Assembly (NCBI GenBank): GCA_964393545.1
Contig: CAYMUB010000059.1
Coordinates: forward strand, 4,571 to 68,570
From: an uncultured Gammaproteobacteria bacterium
GTDB taxonomy: Bacteria; Patescibacteriota; Microgenomatia; Daviesbacterales; UBA10151
Reading direction: 5' to 3'
DNA: 64,000 bases
Position numbers and translations under genes: made by a program. Positions within the stretch are counted from its first letter, which is position 1. Every line of letters starts with the position of its first letter. The notes below the pieces were generated by a model. The model worked only from the letters and a program-made list of their open reading frames with translations, was not told the origin of the DNA and did no database searches. This document shows positions 19,556-29,638 of this stretch, piece by piece.

Positions 19556-20995
19556 ATGACAGATAGTTCAGCCCCGATAAAAAATTTCTTAGAAATCTCC
19601 TACGAACAGCTTGAAGAAATGAATCTCAAGGCCAAAGAAAAACAACAAATTGCAGATCCTAAACAATTAGAAGCAGAATATAGATTATATTTACAAAAAG
19701 AAAAAAAGATTAAAGCTGTAACCTTATGTTTTACTGATATTGAAGGCAGATTCCATATGTTGGATTATGACAAGAAATATTTACTGGAGTCTGCATCTAA
19801 TTTAACATTTGACGGTTCTTCAATCAGAGGTTTCACAGCTCTTCATGAATCAGATCTAAGGCTAGAGGTTGATTGGGGAAGTATTATATGGCTTCCTTCA
19901 GATGTATTTGGAAGCGGTAAGGTGATTATGTTTGCTGACGTATTACAAAGGAATAGATTACCTTATGAGTCAGACTTTAGAAGTCAACTGAAACTATACG
20001 GTAAACAGCTAAAAGACAAAGAAGGCATTACATCTTATACAGCAACAGAAACAGAAGGATTTTTAGTAGAAGGAGTAGGAGCTGAACAGAATTTTGATGA
20101 AGATATTGGATTTAAATTGATTTCTACAGGAGGGTATTATCATTCACTGCCTTTAGATAAATTAAGAAGATTTATTGATGCATCAGCCGAGGCTCAAAGA
20201 GCCATGGGATTTAAAAATGAGAAAGATCATCCAGAAGTTGCCCCTTCGCAATTTGAAGTAAATTATGGTTATACTGAAGTAGTTAGATCTTGTGATCAAA
20301 TTCAACTCTATAAATTAGTTTGTAGACAAGTTGCTAATAATATGGGGATGACAGCAACTTTTCTACCAAAGCCGATTGCCAATATTAATGGTTCTGGGAT
20401 GCATACGAATTTTTCTTTAGGCAAAAATGGCAAAAATATCTTTTATCAAAAAAATGGACTAGATGGTTTATCAAGTTTAGCATGGGATTTCATCCAGAAA
20501 GTATTAAACCATGCTCCAGAAATTTCTTTGGTTTTAAATTCTTCAGTTAATGCTTATAGAAGATTGGATCCACATTTTGAAGCTCCTAACCAGATTAAGG
20601 TTTCCCCAATTGATCGTGGCTCAATGATTAGAATTCCAGCAGGTAATGAAAAAACTGCTAGAATAGAAATTAGATCTGTGGCTCCTGATTCAAACCCTTA
20701 CCTTGTTTTATATACAATTTTGAGAACAGGTTTAGAAGGTAAAAAATTAATCCAACCTAAAAATAGAAGAGAAAGAGCAAGATACTTACCAGGAACTATT
20801 CATGAAGCTCTCAGAATTTTTAAGAGTAGTGATTTTATTGGAAAAATATTAGGAGAAAGTAATAAAGAAAAATATGCAGCTTTCAAAGAAATAGTGGCTG
20901 ATAGGAGTCCAAGGGAGTTAGGAAAAATGGTTAAAACTTCAGAAGTTGTTTACCATCATGAAGTAACAAATCAAGTCTTATGGGGTAAATTTTAA
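19556..20995 (+). CDS. glnA: Glutamine synthetase (type I-like)
   Basis: 479 aa; beta-grasp N-domain FDGSSIRGF, catalytic EVAPSQFEVNYGY region, MHTNFSL. Confidence 0.8.
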   Translation: MTDSSAPIKNFLEISYEQLEEMNLKAKEKQQIADPKQLEAEYRLYLQKEKKIKAVTLCFTDIEGRFHMLDYDKKYLLESASNLTFDGSSIRGFTALHESDLRLEVDWGSIIWLPSDVFGSGKVIMFADVLQRNRLPYESDFRSQLKLYGKQLKDKEGITSYTATETEGFLVEGVGAEQNFDEDIGFKLISTGGYYHSLPLDKLRRFIDASAEAQRAMGFKNEKDHPEVAPSQFEVNYGYTEVVRSCDQIQLYKLVCRQVANNMGMTATFLPKPIANINGSGMHTNFSLGKNGKNIFYQKNGLDGLSSLAWDFIQKVLNHAPEISLVLNSSVNAYRRLDPHFEAPNQIKVSPIDRGSMIRIPAGNEKTARIEIRSVAPDSNPYLVLYTILRTGLEGKKLIQPKNRRERARYLPGTIHEALRIFKSSDFIGKILGESNKEKYAAFKEIVADRSPRELGKMVKTSEVVYHHEVTNQVLWGKF

Positions 20996-22803
20996 TCTAC
21001 ATATCCAAACATTGATTCTGTCAGATTGATATTAGGAGATGACTGACATTTCTTTTCTAAGACATCTTTTGATAATTGTTCCTTAGGGATAATAATTCCA
21101 ATATTTCCAAATTTTTGATCAATTTTATCTAGAGCAAGTTCATAGGGTAATACTATATTGTAGGTTGGAATATTCTCTCCACTTTTTACTGTCTTTAAAT
21201 TATTTAGCCACATAAAATAACGGAATCCAACATTATCACCAATGCTGGTAATATAGTTGATTGCAATGCAAGGAAAATTATTCTGCTTAATATCAGATGC
21301 TATAAACTGAATAACATTCCTTTTTTCCAGATACCCCTTTTTATATTTATTTTGAGTAATAAAATAATAGGAATTTTTTATAACAAGTATGCTTAGTAAA
21401 ACAAATATAAAGTATTTACCAAAACTTTTATTATGATAAATCTTAGAAAAAATTAAACTAACAGATATTATTATAAGAGTATCTAAGGATGCTAAGTAGT
21501 ATTCAGAAACAATAATTGAAGAAAATGTAAAAAACAGAAATACTCCCAAAATCCAGCTATAAAAAATTAGACTTTGCTCTTTCCTCATTACCTTCATTCT
21601 CCAAGCAAAAAAGGGACACAGTAAAATTAATAAAGTTGCAGTATATTTCAAAACTAAAGGTAATCTAAAAGGAGAAAGAAAGATATCATAAATATTTCTA
21701 TTTTCTTTATCTAAGACATTTAGAAACTTATTAACAAAAGTTTTCCAAAAAGGATCCACTGGAATTCTAGCGGAAGCAGTAAGTTTATGAGTGCCTGCTA
21801 AACAACCATTAGTTGACCAGTTAAATTCACCTGAGATACTGCCTATTTCAAATTTCTGGGGTTTACCACAATCTATACTAATAACCATAGTTGAATATTT
21901 AGGGTTTTTTGTAGTTAACTTCAAAACTACATTGTTATTAACTTGAGGGGGGTTTGGTATAATTTCTAAAGCAAATTTTGTTGCAGGGATGAGATTTGAA
22001 GCAGCATAATCTGTTTGTTTATCAAAAGGTATTTCCTTCTCTTCGTAAATGCTATTGCCAGACCCGAAATTAGCGGTGAAATTTCTAATTAAACTTTTGC
22101 TCTGTGAAAAATTATGTCTTGTCTCAAAAACAATAAATGGGGAAGAGGAGATCAACAGTAATATGAGAAAGATTATTATCCCTTTTATTTTAGGAGTTTT
22201 TTTACTTAGAAAAATTGCCAGGGGTAGAGCGATAAGAGTTGGGGTTAAAGCAATATGAATATGCCAGATTAACCCTATCAAAATAGCCAATAGAGGCAAA
22301 ACAGAATAATTGCCTTTGGAAATCATAAAAAGAGAGTACAGGTACCAAATTGCCCATAATTTTGTAGGCAAAGTTGGTACAATCCAACGGTCAAAATTAA
22401 TAGTTGAACTTAAGATTGCATGTAAGAAAGCTGCTATCAAACCAGCAGTCTTGTTGAATATTTTAGTCAGAACAAAATAGTAGCTGAATATTGTAAAAAC
22501 CCCGATTAAAATTCCCAGGATACTTATTCCAATTGGATCCATTCGGGTTAATAGGAAAAAGGGGATTAGCAAATAATAGAAAAATGGCCCAATGAAAACT
22601 CCTGGAGCAGATGTAAGTTGGCCAATCAATCTTGGATGGTGATTTATCAAAATATCTTTAACAATCCAGGAATAAAGATCTGCATCATGGGAAAAATCAA
22701 ACCTCTCAATAATTTGATAAGATCTAAAAAAAATTCCGGTTAGCACTATTACTCCCAGTATTAAATGGGGTTGTTTTTTAAAAAAAGAAACTATAGAGGA
22801 CAT
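20992..22803 (-). CDS. Polytopic membrane glycosyltransferase-like protein (GT-C, ArnT/PMT COG1807-like) with C-terminal extracytoplasmic domain
   Basis: 603 aa; N-terminal multi-TM with LIGQLTSAPGVFIGPFFYYL motif shared with 24575, 26126, 27697, 47456 paralogs. Confidence 0.6.
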   Translation of the reverse strand: MSSIVSFFKKQPHLILGVIVLTGIFFRSYQIIERFDFSHDADLYSWIVKDILINHHPRLIGQLTSAPGVFIGPFFYYLLIPFFLLTRMDPIGISILGILIGVFTIFSYYFVLTKIFNKTAGLIAAFLHAILSSTINFDRWIVPTLPTKLWAIWYLYSLFMISKGNYSVLPLLAILIGLIWHIHIALTPTLIALPLAIFLSKKTPKIKGIIIFLILLLISSSPFIVFETRHNFSQSKSLIRNFTANFGSGNSIYEEKEIPFDKQTDYAASNLIPATKFALEIIPNPPQVNNNVVLKLTTKNPKYSTMVISIDCGKPQKFEIGSISGEFNWSTNGCLAGTHKLTASARIPVDPFWKTFVNKFLNVLDKENRNIYDIFLSPFRLPLVLKYTATLLILLCPFFAWRMKVMRKEQSLIFYSWILGVFLFFTFSSIIVSEYYLASLDTLIIISVSLIFSKIYHNKSFGKYFIFVLLSILVIKNSYYFITQNKYKKGYLEKRNVIQFIASDIKQNNFPCIAINYITSIGDNVGFRYFMWLNNLKTVKSGENIPTYNIVLPYELALDKIDQKFGNIGIIIPKEQLSKDVLEKKCQSSPNINLTESMFGYVD

Positions 22804-22858
22804 CTATTATAGATAGTAACAGCGCCAGATTGAATGTGCAATTGGATGCTGTTAAACT

Positions 22859-23623
22859 ATGTCCTTGATGATTATCAAAGCAATTAAAACAAGAAAATTT
22901 CTACCTCCTAAAGATAATTTAGATGACCTATTGTCGATGATCAAATTTCTAAAAGAGTATTCGATTGTTGCAGTTACTTCTAAAGTAGTAGCTATTTCTG
23001 AAGGAAGATGTATTCCAGTAGATTCAACTACAAAAGATCAGATTGCCATTTCTGAAGCAGAATGGTATATACCTAGAGAGATTTCTCCTAATGGTCAAAT
23101 TCTAAACACTATAAAAAATAATTTACTGGTTGCTTCCTCTGGTGTAGATGAAAGTAATGGTAATGACTATTATATTCTATGGCCAAAAAAACCAAAAGAT
23201 TCTGCTAAAAAAATTTGGAATTATTTAAAGAATAAATTCAAAATTGAGAATTTGGGAGTTATTATTACTGACTCAAGATTGATTCCCCTACGTAGGGGTG
23301 TAGTGGGTCTTGCTATTTCCTATTTTGGTTTTAAACCGATAAAAGATTATAGAGGGAAAAAAGACATATTTGGTAGAAAATTTGTAATGGAAACTTCTAA
23401 TTTTCCTGATAGTCTAGCTTCAGCTGCAGTTTTAGAAATGGGAGAAGGAGCAGAACAGCAACCCATTGCAGTCATTAATCAAATTCCTAATGTTGAATTT
23501 ATTAATAGAGAATACAAGCCTAAATTGGATGACAATTTTGAGATACCTTTAGAAGAGGATATGTTTTCCCCTTTTCTTACTTCAGTTAAATGGAAGAAGG
23601 GTGGGAGCGGAAAAAATCAATAG
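22859..23623 (+). CDS. CofE/FbiB-like (F420-0:gamma-glutamyl ligase family) protein
   Basis: 254 aa; VAVTSKVVAISEGR... resembles CofE core; function in this context uncertain. Confidence 0.45.
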   Translation: MSLMIIKAIKTRKFLPPKDNLDDLLSMIKFLKEYSIVAVTSKVVAISEGRCIPVDSTTKDQIAISEAEWYIPREISPNGQILNTIKNNLLVASSGVDESNGNDYYILWPKKPKDSAKKIWNYLKNKFKIENLGVIITDSRLIPLRRGVVGLAISYFGFKPIKDYRGKKDIFGRKFVMETSNFPDSLASAAVLEMGEGAEQQPIAVINQIPNVEFINREYKPKLDDNFEIPLEEDMFSPFLTSVKWKKGGSGKNQ

Positions 23624-24512
23624 TTTTCTTCAGACCTGAATCCAAGTCTGTTTTGGCGCTCCAGTTTAGTTCATCTCTAATCTTTTGAGACGAGGCTACA
23701 AGAGAAGACACATCTCCTTTTCTTTCGTCTTTATCTTCAATAGGTACTTCATACCCTACAATTTGGAAAATCTTTTTAACAATATCAATTACTTTTGAGC
23801 CGGTTTCAGTTCCTATGTTATATATATTAAATCCGGTTTGATTTAAGGGTGCTATATGAGCATAGGCTAGATCATCTATATAAATAAAATCCCTAATCTG
23901 GTTTCCCTGCCAATAGAGAGGAATTGGTTTTTTATTTAGTACAGCCTTGATAAAATTTGGAATTGCATGAGTTTCCGGAACATGTAGTTCATTAGGACCA
24001 TAAGGGTTAAAATAACGAAGCAGGGTAACATCAAAATTATATAACTTGTGATAAAGTCTACAAAATTGCTCCATGGAAACTTTAGTTAAACCATAAGGGT
24101 TTTCTTGTTCTCCTAGAGGATCATTCTCGGTAATGGGTAATTTTGTTGGTTCTCCATAAACACAGGCACTTGAAGAAAAGATTATTTTCTTAACTCCACT
24201 TTTTCTCATTGCCTCTAAAAGTCTGACAGTTCCTAATATATTATTCTCGGCAAATTCTCCAGCTTTTTTTACTGACTCTCCAACTTCTATCAAAGAAGCC
24301 ATGTGTATAACAACATCATGAGTAGGTAGGATTTGTTCTAGTCTTGTTTGGTCTAGTATGTCGGCCTGGATAAAATTTACTTCAGGATCTATCAATTTCT
24401 GATGTCCTTTGGATAAGTTATCGACAACTGTTACCTGATGGCCGCTTTCTATAAGAAGTTTATTAACATGGGAACCAATAAATCCAGCCCCGCCGGTTAC
24501 TAGTATTTTCAT
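23586..24512 (-). CDS. NAD-dependent epimerase, UDP-glucose 4-epimerase (GalE)-like
   Basis: MKILVTGGAGFIGSH Rossmann N-terminus, YxxxK SDR-e architecture, 308 aa. Confidence 0.8.
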   Translation of the reverse strand: MKILVTGGAGFIGSHVNKLLIESGHQVTVVDNLSKGHQKLIDPEVNFIQADILDQTRLEQILPTHDVVIHMASLIEVGESVKKAGEFAENNILGTVRLLEAMRKSGVKKIIFSSSACVYGEPTKLPITENDPLGEQENPYGLTKVSMEQFCRLYHKLYNFDVTLLRYFNPYGPNELHVPETHAIPNFIKAVLNKKPIPLYWQGNQIRDFIYIDDLAYAHIAPLNQTGFNIYNIGTETGSKVIDIVKKIFQIVGYEVPIEDKDERKGDVSSLVASSQKIRDELNWSAKTDLDSGLKKTIDFFRSHPSSI

Positions 24513-24574
24513 ACGATGAAAATCATTTTAACACAATAGACATAGTCTTTTTAAATCTATATAATTTCCCAACA

Positions 24575-26122
24575 GTGCCTTTTTATATAATAACATCTAA
24601 AAAATTTTTTCTGCTGATTTCAATTTTTGTTTTAGCACTGATTCTAAGATTTTTATATTTTCCGGGTAATATTTACTTTGGTATTGATCAAGCCTCAGGC
24701 TCATTTGCTGTAAAAGAGATATTAGGAGGACAGCCTAAACTGATTGGACCTTCAACTAGTTTTCCAGGTCTACGTCATGGTGTTTTATACTACTATCTTT
24801 ATACACCATTTTATTTAATTGCTAATGGAGATCCGGCCTTAGCAGCAGCTTTTCTAAGGGTTGTAAATGCTTTAGGAATTTTTCTAATCTTTTTTTTAGG
24901 AAAGATTCTGTTCAATGGTTATGTTGGAATCATTGCAAGTTTTCTATTTGCTATTTCGTTTGAACAAACCCAATTTGCTCTTTATTTTAACCATCCCTCA
25001 TTGGCTGTAATTAGTATTCTAATTATGTTTTTAGGACTGAGCATTTTGATATTTCAAAAAAAGCAAATTGGTTTAATACTCGCCTTACTGGGATTGGGAT
25101 TATCAATTCAGTTTGAATTTCTGCTGACTTATTTAAGTGTGCCTTTTGTTTTGATTCTATTAACTTTCAAAAAATCAATACCGGCTTTAAAATTAAGGAC
25201 ACTTTCTTTGGGTCTGATCTTTTTTTTGCTAACAACAGTTACCTTCTTATTTGCTGAAATAAAATTTAATTTTAGATCAGTAAGTTTGCTACCTCAGTTA
25301 CTATTTACCAGTTCACATAAGTCATTATATAAAATAATCTCAACCTATCTTTTTGAGCTTGGACAAGTAATTAAATTTAACCTAGTTGGTTTATCGTCAT
25401 TTGTTTTAGTTATTGGAATAGTTCTCCTTGTTCTATTTATTTTATCCTTCAAAACTAAGGTAAGAAAACAAATGTTTTTTTTGGGTATTTGGTTTTTCTC
25501 CGTCATAACAACCTATATGGTAACCGGGGGTGAAGATATAAGGACAGGCATTTTGCAATATCACCAAAATGTTGGTATCTCCTCAAGTCTAATACTTTTT
25601 GTATCCTACGTATTATATTACCTAGGCAGAAAATTAAGGTATATTACTTATCTAATAATCTTACTGATTGTTTCAGCAAATCTTTACCAGATTACACAAA
25701 TTAATCCTTATGGAAGCATGCCTGAAATTAATGCTCAATCCTTTATGCTTCTTTCAGATGAAAAAAAGGTTTTAGATTTTATATACAATGATGCTGAAGG
25801 TAAACCATTTGCTGTTAAAGGCATTACACTGCCCTTTTATATCAATTCTACTTGGAGCTATCTTTTTGAATGGTATGGTCAGCAAAGATATGGATATTTA
25901 CCAGTCTGGGGAGGAAAAAATGCCATAGGTTATCCAGGTAGCCTTAAAGTGGAAACAGCCCAAAGTAAACTTCCTGATAAAAGATATCTGATAATAGAAC
26001 CAGCTAGAGGCATACCAGTTCATTTAATTAGTGAATATTTAAAAGAAGAAGACTATTTTACGAGTTTACAAAAAGAAGAAAAAATTGGAAATTTTATAGT
26101 GCAAGTAAGAAAAGCAAAGTAA
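24575..26122 (+). CDS. GT-C/ArnT-PMT-like membrane glycosyltransferase paralog
   Basis: 515 aa multi-TM; LIGPSTSFPGLRHGVLYYYLY motif; C-terminal YGYLPVWGG shared with 26126 paralog. Confidence 0.6.
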   Translation: MPFYIITSKKFFLLISIFVLALILRFLYFPGNIYFGIDQASGSFAVKEILGGQPKLIGPSTSFPGLRHGVLYYYLYTPFYLIANGDPALAAAFLRVVNALGIFLIFFLGKILFNGYVGIIASFLFAISFEQTQFALYFNHPSLAVISILIMFLGLSILIFQKKQIGLILALLGLGLSIQFEFLLTYLSVPFVLILLTFKKSIPALKLRTLSLGLIFFLLTTVTFLFAEIKFNFRSVSLLPQLLFTSSHKSLYKIISTYLFELGQVIKFNLVGLSSFVLVIGIVLLVLFILSFKTKVRKQMFFLGIWFFSVITTYMVTGGEDIRTGILQYHQNVGISSSLILFVSYVLYYLGRKLRYITYLIILLIVSANLYQITQINPYGSMPEINAQSFMLLSDEKKVLDFIYNDAEGKPFAVKGITLPFYINSTWSYLFEWYGQQRYGYLPVWGGKNAIGYPGSLKVETAQSKLPDKRYLIIEPARGIPVHLISEYLKEEDYFTSLQKEEKIGNFIVQVRKAK

Positions 26123-26125
26123 GTA

Positions 26126-27670
26126 TTAATATGGTTCCCGAAGTTGGACAGAAATAGTTCCAAACTTCTTTTCTTCGACAATCTTGGTAAAGTATCCCTC
26201 TACTCTTAAGAAATTATCTATATCAAATTTTCTAATTCCTATAGTTGGTTCAATAATTAAAAACTGTTTTTTTGGAAGATTAGATCTAGAGTTAATAGTT
26301 GTAAGATTGCCAGGATATCCTTCAGCTTTAGGACCGATCCAAACAGGAAGATATCCATATTCTTCCTTTCCATACCAATTAAACAAATAATCCCAGGTTG
26401 TATTAATACTAAGTGGTACTGTAAGAGCACCTACTGCAAAAGGCTGACCTTGTAATTGATAATAAATATAATCCAAAACCCTTCTTTGATTTGAGGTAGT
26501 CATACCTGGTTGAATAACCATATCTGAATTTAATCCATTAGGATTGATAGTTGAAATGGAAAATAAGTTATTAGTAATAACAATAACTAGGATAAGAATA
26601 CTTAGAATAACTTTGCCAGAGGAAAAGAGTTTGTTTATTAAATAGGATACAAAAATAAGTAGGCTAACTGAGGTAGCAGGACTATAATAATAACTGTAAA
26701 CACCAGAGAAAATGTAAAGCGACAAACCAAAAACAAACCAAATTATCAAAAAAAGAATCTTTTCTCTTGTTTGTTTTTGGCGGTATAAATAAATTGTTAT
26801 TATCAAAAGCAAAATTCCTAAAAATGGAGTAATTTGATAATTTACTAAAAATGAATCATGTAAGAAACGATTTATAATAAACAAGGTTTCTCTAAAATGT
26901 ACTCCAGAGAAAAAGTGTGATCCTGAGCTATTGGGATATTGGAGAATTAAATTTATCATAAATCTATACTTTAATTCGGTTAAAATAAAGGAGGATGTAG
27001 TTGCGATAAAAATTAGGATGGATAAAACTATCCATTTTATCTTAACTGTTATAATTTTCTTTCTGAAAAAAATAAAAAAGGCAATAAAAGCAGGAACAAG
27101 ATAAGCAAAGCCATAATGAAATTGTATTGATAAACCCAGCCCCAAAACAGATAATAATATTCCCCAAGGTTTCTTCAAAAAAAGATAAAGGCAAAGTCCA
27201 AGATAAAAAAGAAGAACTGTAATAACTGCTAAAGGCTGATGTGAAAGAAATATTGAATATTGTGATTGTTCATACGAAATGGCAAATAAAATAGCAGTAA
27301 TAATGCCGACTCTTTTGTTAAATAAAATTGAAGCAATTGGAAAAACTAGAAATACCCCTAAGGCATTCCAAACTCTAAAGAATGCAGATGCAGCTTCTGG
27401 GCTTTTGTGAAAAAGCAGATAAATGGGTGCATAAAGATAAAATATTAAAGGACCAGGAAAAAGTTTATTGCTTAAAAAAGAAGGAGGACCAATAAGCTTA
27501 AGATCTCCTTTTAGGAGCTCTAAAGAAGTAAATGAATCCCGTGCCTGGTCAAAAGAAAAATGAACATTGTTCGGAAAATACAAGAAGCGTACAATAAGGG
27601 CAATTAGAAAAATAACAAATAAGCAAATAGCAAGCTTATGCTTCAGAAAAAAAATACCCATATGAAACAC
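26126..27670 (-). CDS. GT-C/ArnT-PMT-like membrane glycosyltransferase paralog
   Basis: 514 aa multi-TM; LIGPPSFLSNKLFPGPLIFYLYAP; C-terminal YGYLPVWIGPKAEGYPG. Confidence 0.6.
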   Translation of the reverse strand: MFHMGIFFLKHKLAICLFVIFLIALIVRFLYFPNNVHFSFDQARDSFTSLELLKGDLKLIGPPSFLSNKLFPGPLIFYLYAPIYLLFHKSPEAASAFFRVWNALGVFLVFPIASILFNKRVGIITAILFAISYEQSQYSIFLSHQPLAVITVLLFYLGLCLYLFLKKPWGILLSVLGLGLSIQFHYGFAYLVPAFIAFFIFFRKKIITVKIKWIVLSILIFIATTSSFILTELKYRFMINLILQYPNSSGSHFFSGVHFRETLFIINRFLHDSFLVNYQITPFLGILLLIITIYLYRQKQTREKILFLIIWFVFGLSLYIFSGVYSYYYSPATSVSLLIFVSYLINKLFSSGKVILSILILVIVITNNLFSISTINPNGLNSDMVIQPGMTTSNQRRVLDYIYYQLQGQPFAVGALTVPLSINTTWDYLFNWYGKEEYGYLPVWIGPKAEGYPGNLTTINSRSNLPKKQFLIIEPTIGIRKFDIDNFLRVEGYFTKIVEEKKFGTISVQLREPY

Positions 27671-27696
27671 ACAATCTAGTTTTATTTTATCTTTTT

Positions 27697-29226
27697 ATGA
27701 ATAAAGTTACAAAGGTTATTTTAATTATTCTAATGGCTGGTTTTTTATACCGCTTGTTATTAACTTCAAATGGAAACTTTCTTTTTAATATGGATAATGC
27801 CCGGGATTTTATTGATGTTAGGGAAATGGTATCTTTGCATAAATTAAGATTAACCGGACCAACCTCGGCAATAGCAGGTTTGTATAATGGTCCTCTTTGG
27901 TATTATCTTTTGGCAGTTCCTTATATTATTAGCGGCGGTGATCCATACGGTGCCATTCTCATGGAGATAATTCTTTGGTTTACTGGAGGATTTTTCTTGT
28001 TGAAGCTGATCAGAGGTTTTAGCGGATGGTTAATAATACCTATAGGTATGGTGTGGATTGCTTCAAACTATATAGTTTTAGCAACTTTGTATTCTTTTAA
28101 TCCTAATCCGGTAACATTACTAACTCCTGTTTTCATTTATGGATTAGTGGAATATTTAAAAGGAAAAAGATTATGGATGATCCTGGTTTGGTTTTTAGCA
28201 GGGGCTTTTTTCAATTTCGAAATGAACTTTGGGCTTTTTACTCCACTAATTATTATTCTTAGTTTAATTTTAGCAAACAAGAAATTACTACTGGATAAAT
28301 TTTTCTGGATTGGCATCTTGATATTTATTCTTACTCTTATGCCTCAACTACTATTTGATTTAAAGCATCAATTTATTATGAGTAAAGCTGTAGTTAGTTT
28401 TTTAGCAGAAAATAAAAGCAGCGGATTTAATCCTTTAAGCAGAGTAACAATAATTGGAAAAAGTTATTATGATGTTTTTCAGGGCACAATGATGAATCAA
28501 AAGATTCTTTCCTGGACCATATTACTTTTGGCAATACCAACAGCCATTTTTTTGTTATCAAAAAAAAGTAAGAATATTATTGTTTTAGTTACCTCACTTT
28601 TTATATTAATTCCATTCATAGGGTATCTAATACTTCCTGTAAGTGTTAATTCTTGGCATTTGGGAGGGTTTGCCTCTGCCTCCTTGATATTAATTGCTTT
28701 TATTATTTATAGGTTTTGGACAATTAATTTTTTAGGCAAAATTATCTCACTAATTTTGTTTATGTCCCTAATTTTTTATCCCATAAGGGAGATGACAAAT
28801 ATTTTTGCCCATGATTTTTTTAAATCTTTGGATCCCTCCTTATTTAAAAATGAAATAGCAGCTATTGATTATGTATACAAATATGCAGATGGTAAAAACT
28901 TTAAAGTCTATACTTATTTGCCTTCAGTCATAGATTATCCTTATCAGTATTTAATCTGGTGGCATGGATTAAAAAAATATGGTTATCTTCCAGAAGATTA
29001 TGCTTATGCCCCAAATAAACCAAAATATATCTCAAGTAAGGAAAGCTTTTCAGCTAGTATAGACTCCCTTAAAAAAAGAGAAAATTACAATTTAGTTTTT
29101 CTAATTTCAGAACCAAATCATAACTATACCCGTTATGGTTGGGAAGGTGATTTTATTAAATTAAAAAACGTGGAAGTACAAATGATTGGACCGCTCAGGA
29201 TCGATATTAGGAAAGAGGTTATCTAA
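27697..29226 (+). CDS. GT-C/ArnT-PMT-like membrane glycosyltransferase paralog
   Basis: 509 aa multi-TM; LTGPTSAIAGLYNGPLWYYLL; C-terminal YGYLPEDYAYAP. Confidence 0.6.
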   Translation: MNKVTKVILIILMAGFLYRLLLTSNGNFLFNMDNARDFIDVREMVSLHKLRLTGPTSAIAGLYNGPLWYYLLAVPYIISGGDPYGAILMEIILWFTGGFFLLKLIRGFSGWLIIPIGMVWIASNYIVLATLYSFNPNPVTLLTPVFIYGLVEYLKGKRLWMILVWFLAGAFFNFEMNFGLFTPLIIILSLILANKKLLLDKFFWIGILIFILTLMPQLLFDLKHQFIMSKAVVSFLAENKSSGFNPLSRVTIIGKSYYDVFQGTMMNQKILSWTILLLAIPTAIFLLSKKSKNIIVLVTSLFILIPFIGYLILPVSVNSWHLGGFASASLILIAFIIYRFWTINFLGKIISLILFMSLIFYPIREMTNIFAHDFFKSLDPSLFKNEIAAIDYVYKYADGKNFKVYTYLPSVIDYPYQYLIWWHGLKKYGYLPEDYAYAPNKPKYISSKESFSASIDSLKKRENYNLVFLISEPNHNYTRYGWEGDFIKLKNVEVQMIGPLRIDIRKEVI

Positions 29227-29638
29227 CAGTAATTAAACGCGTATTACCTTCTTCTTTTTTAATTTTTATCCTGGTGGTATTTTTGGGTAGATATTCTTTT
29301 ATTTTTTCCGCCCATTCAATTAATACAATACTATTAGAATTAGACCAAATCTCTTCCAGTCCTAACTGCTTAATATCAGGTATCTTTTCTAATCTATACA
29401 AATCAATATGAAAAAGTGTCCTATTGCTTTTGGATAATTTATGCTGTCTGATTAAAACAAAAGTAGGAGAAATAATTTTTTCTTTAATTCCCAGCTCTTT
29501 AGCAAAGCCTTGTACGAAAGCTGTTTTACCAGCTCCTAAATCTCCACTTAGAGCGATTACCCCTTTAGTTATTTCTTTTGCTAAATTTGCTGCTATTTTC
29601 TTTGTACTTTTAATTGATTTAGATATATATTGTTTCAT
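29219..29638 (-). CDS. tsaE: tRNA threonylcarbamoyladenosine biosynthesis ATPase TsaE (YjeE)
   Basis: 139 aa; Walker A GDLGAGKT and conserved TsaE core. Confidence 0.85.
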   Translation of the reverse strand: MKQYISKSIKSTKKIAANLAKEITKGVIALSGDLGAGKTAFVQGFAKELGIKEKIISPTFVLIRQHKLSKSNRTLFHIDLYRLEKIPDIKQLGLEEIWSNSNSIVLIEWAEKIKEYLPKNTTRIKIKKEEGNTRLITVR

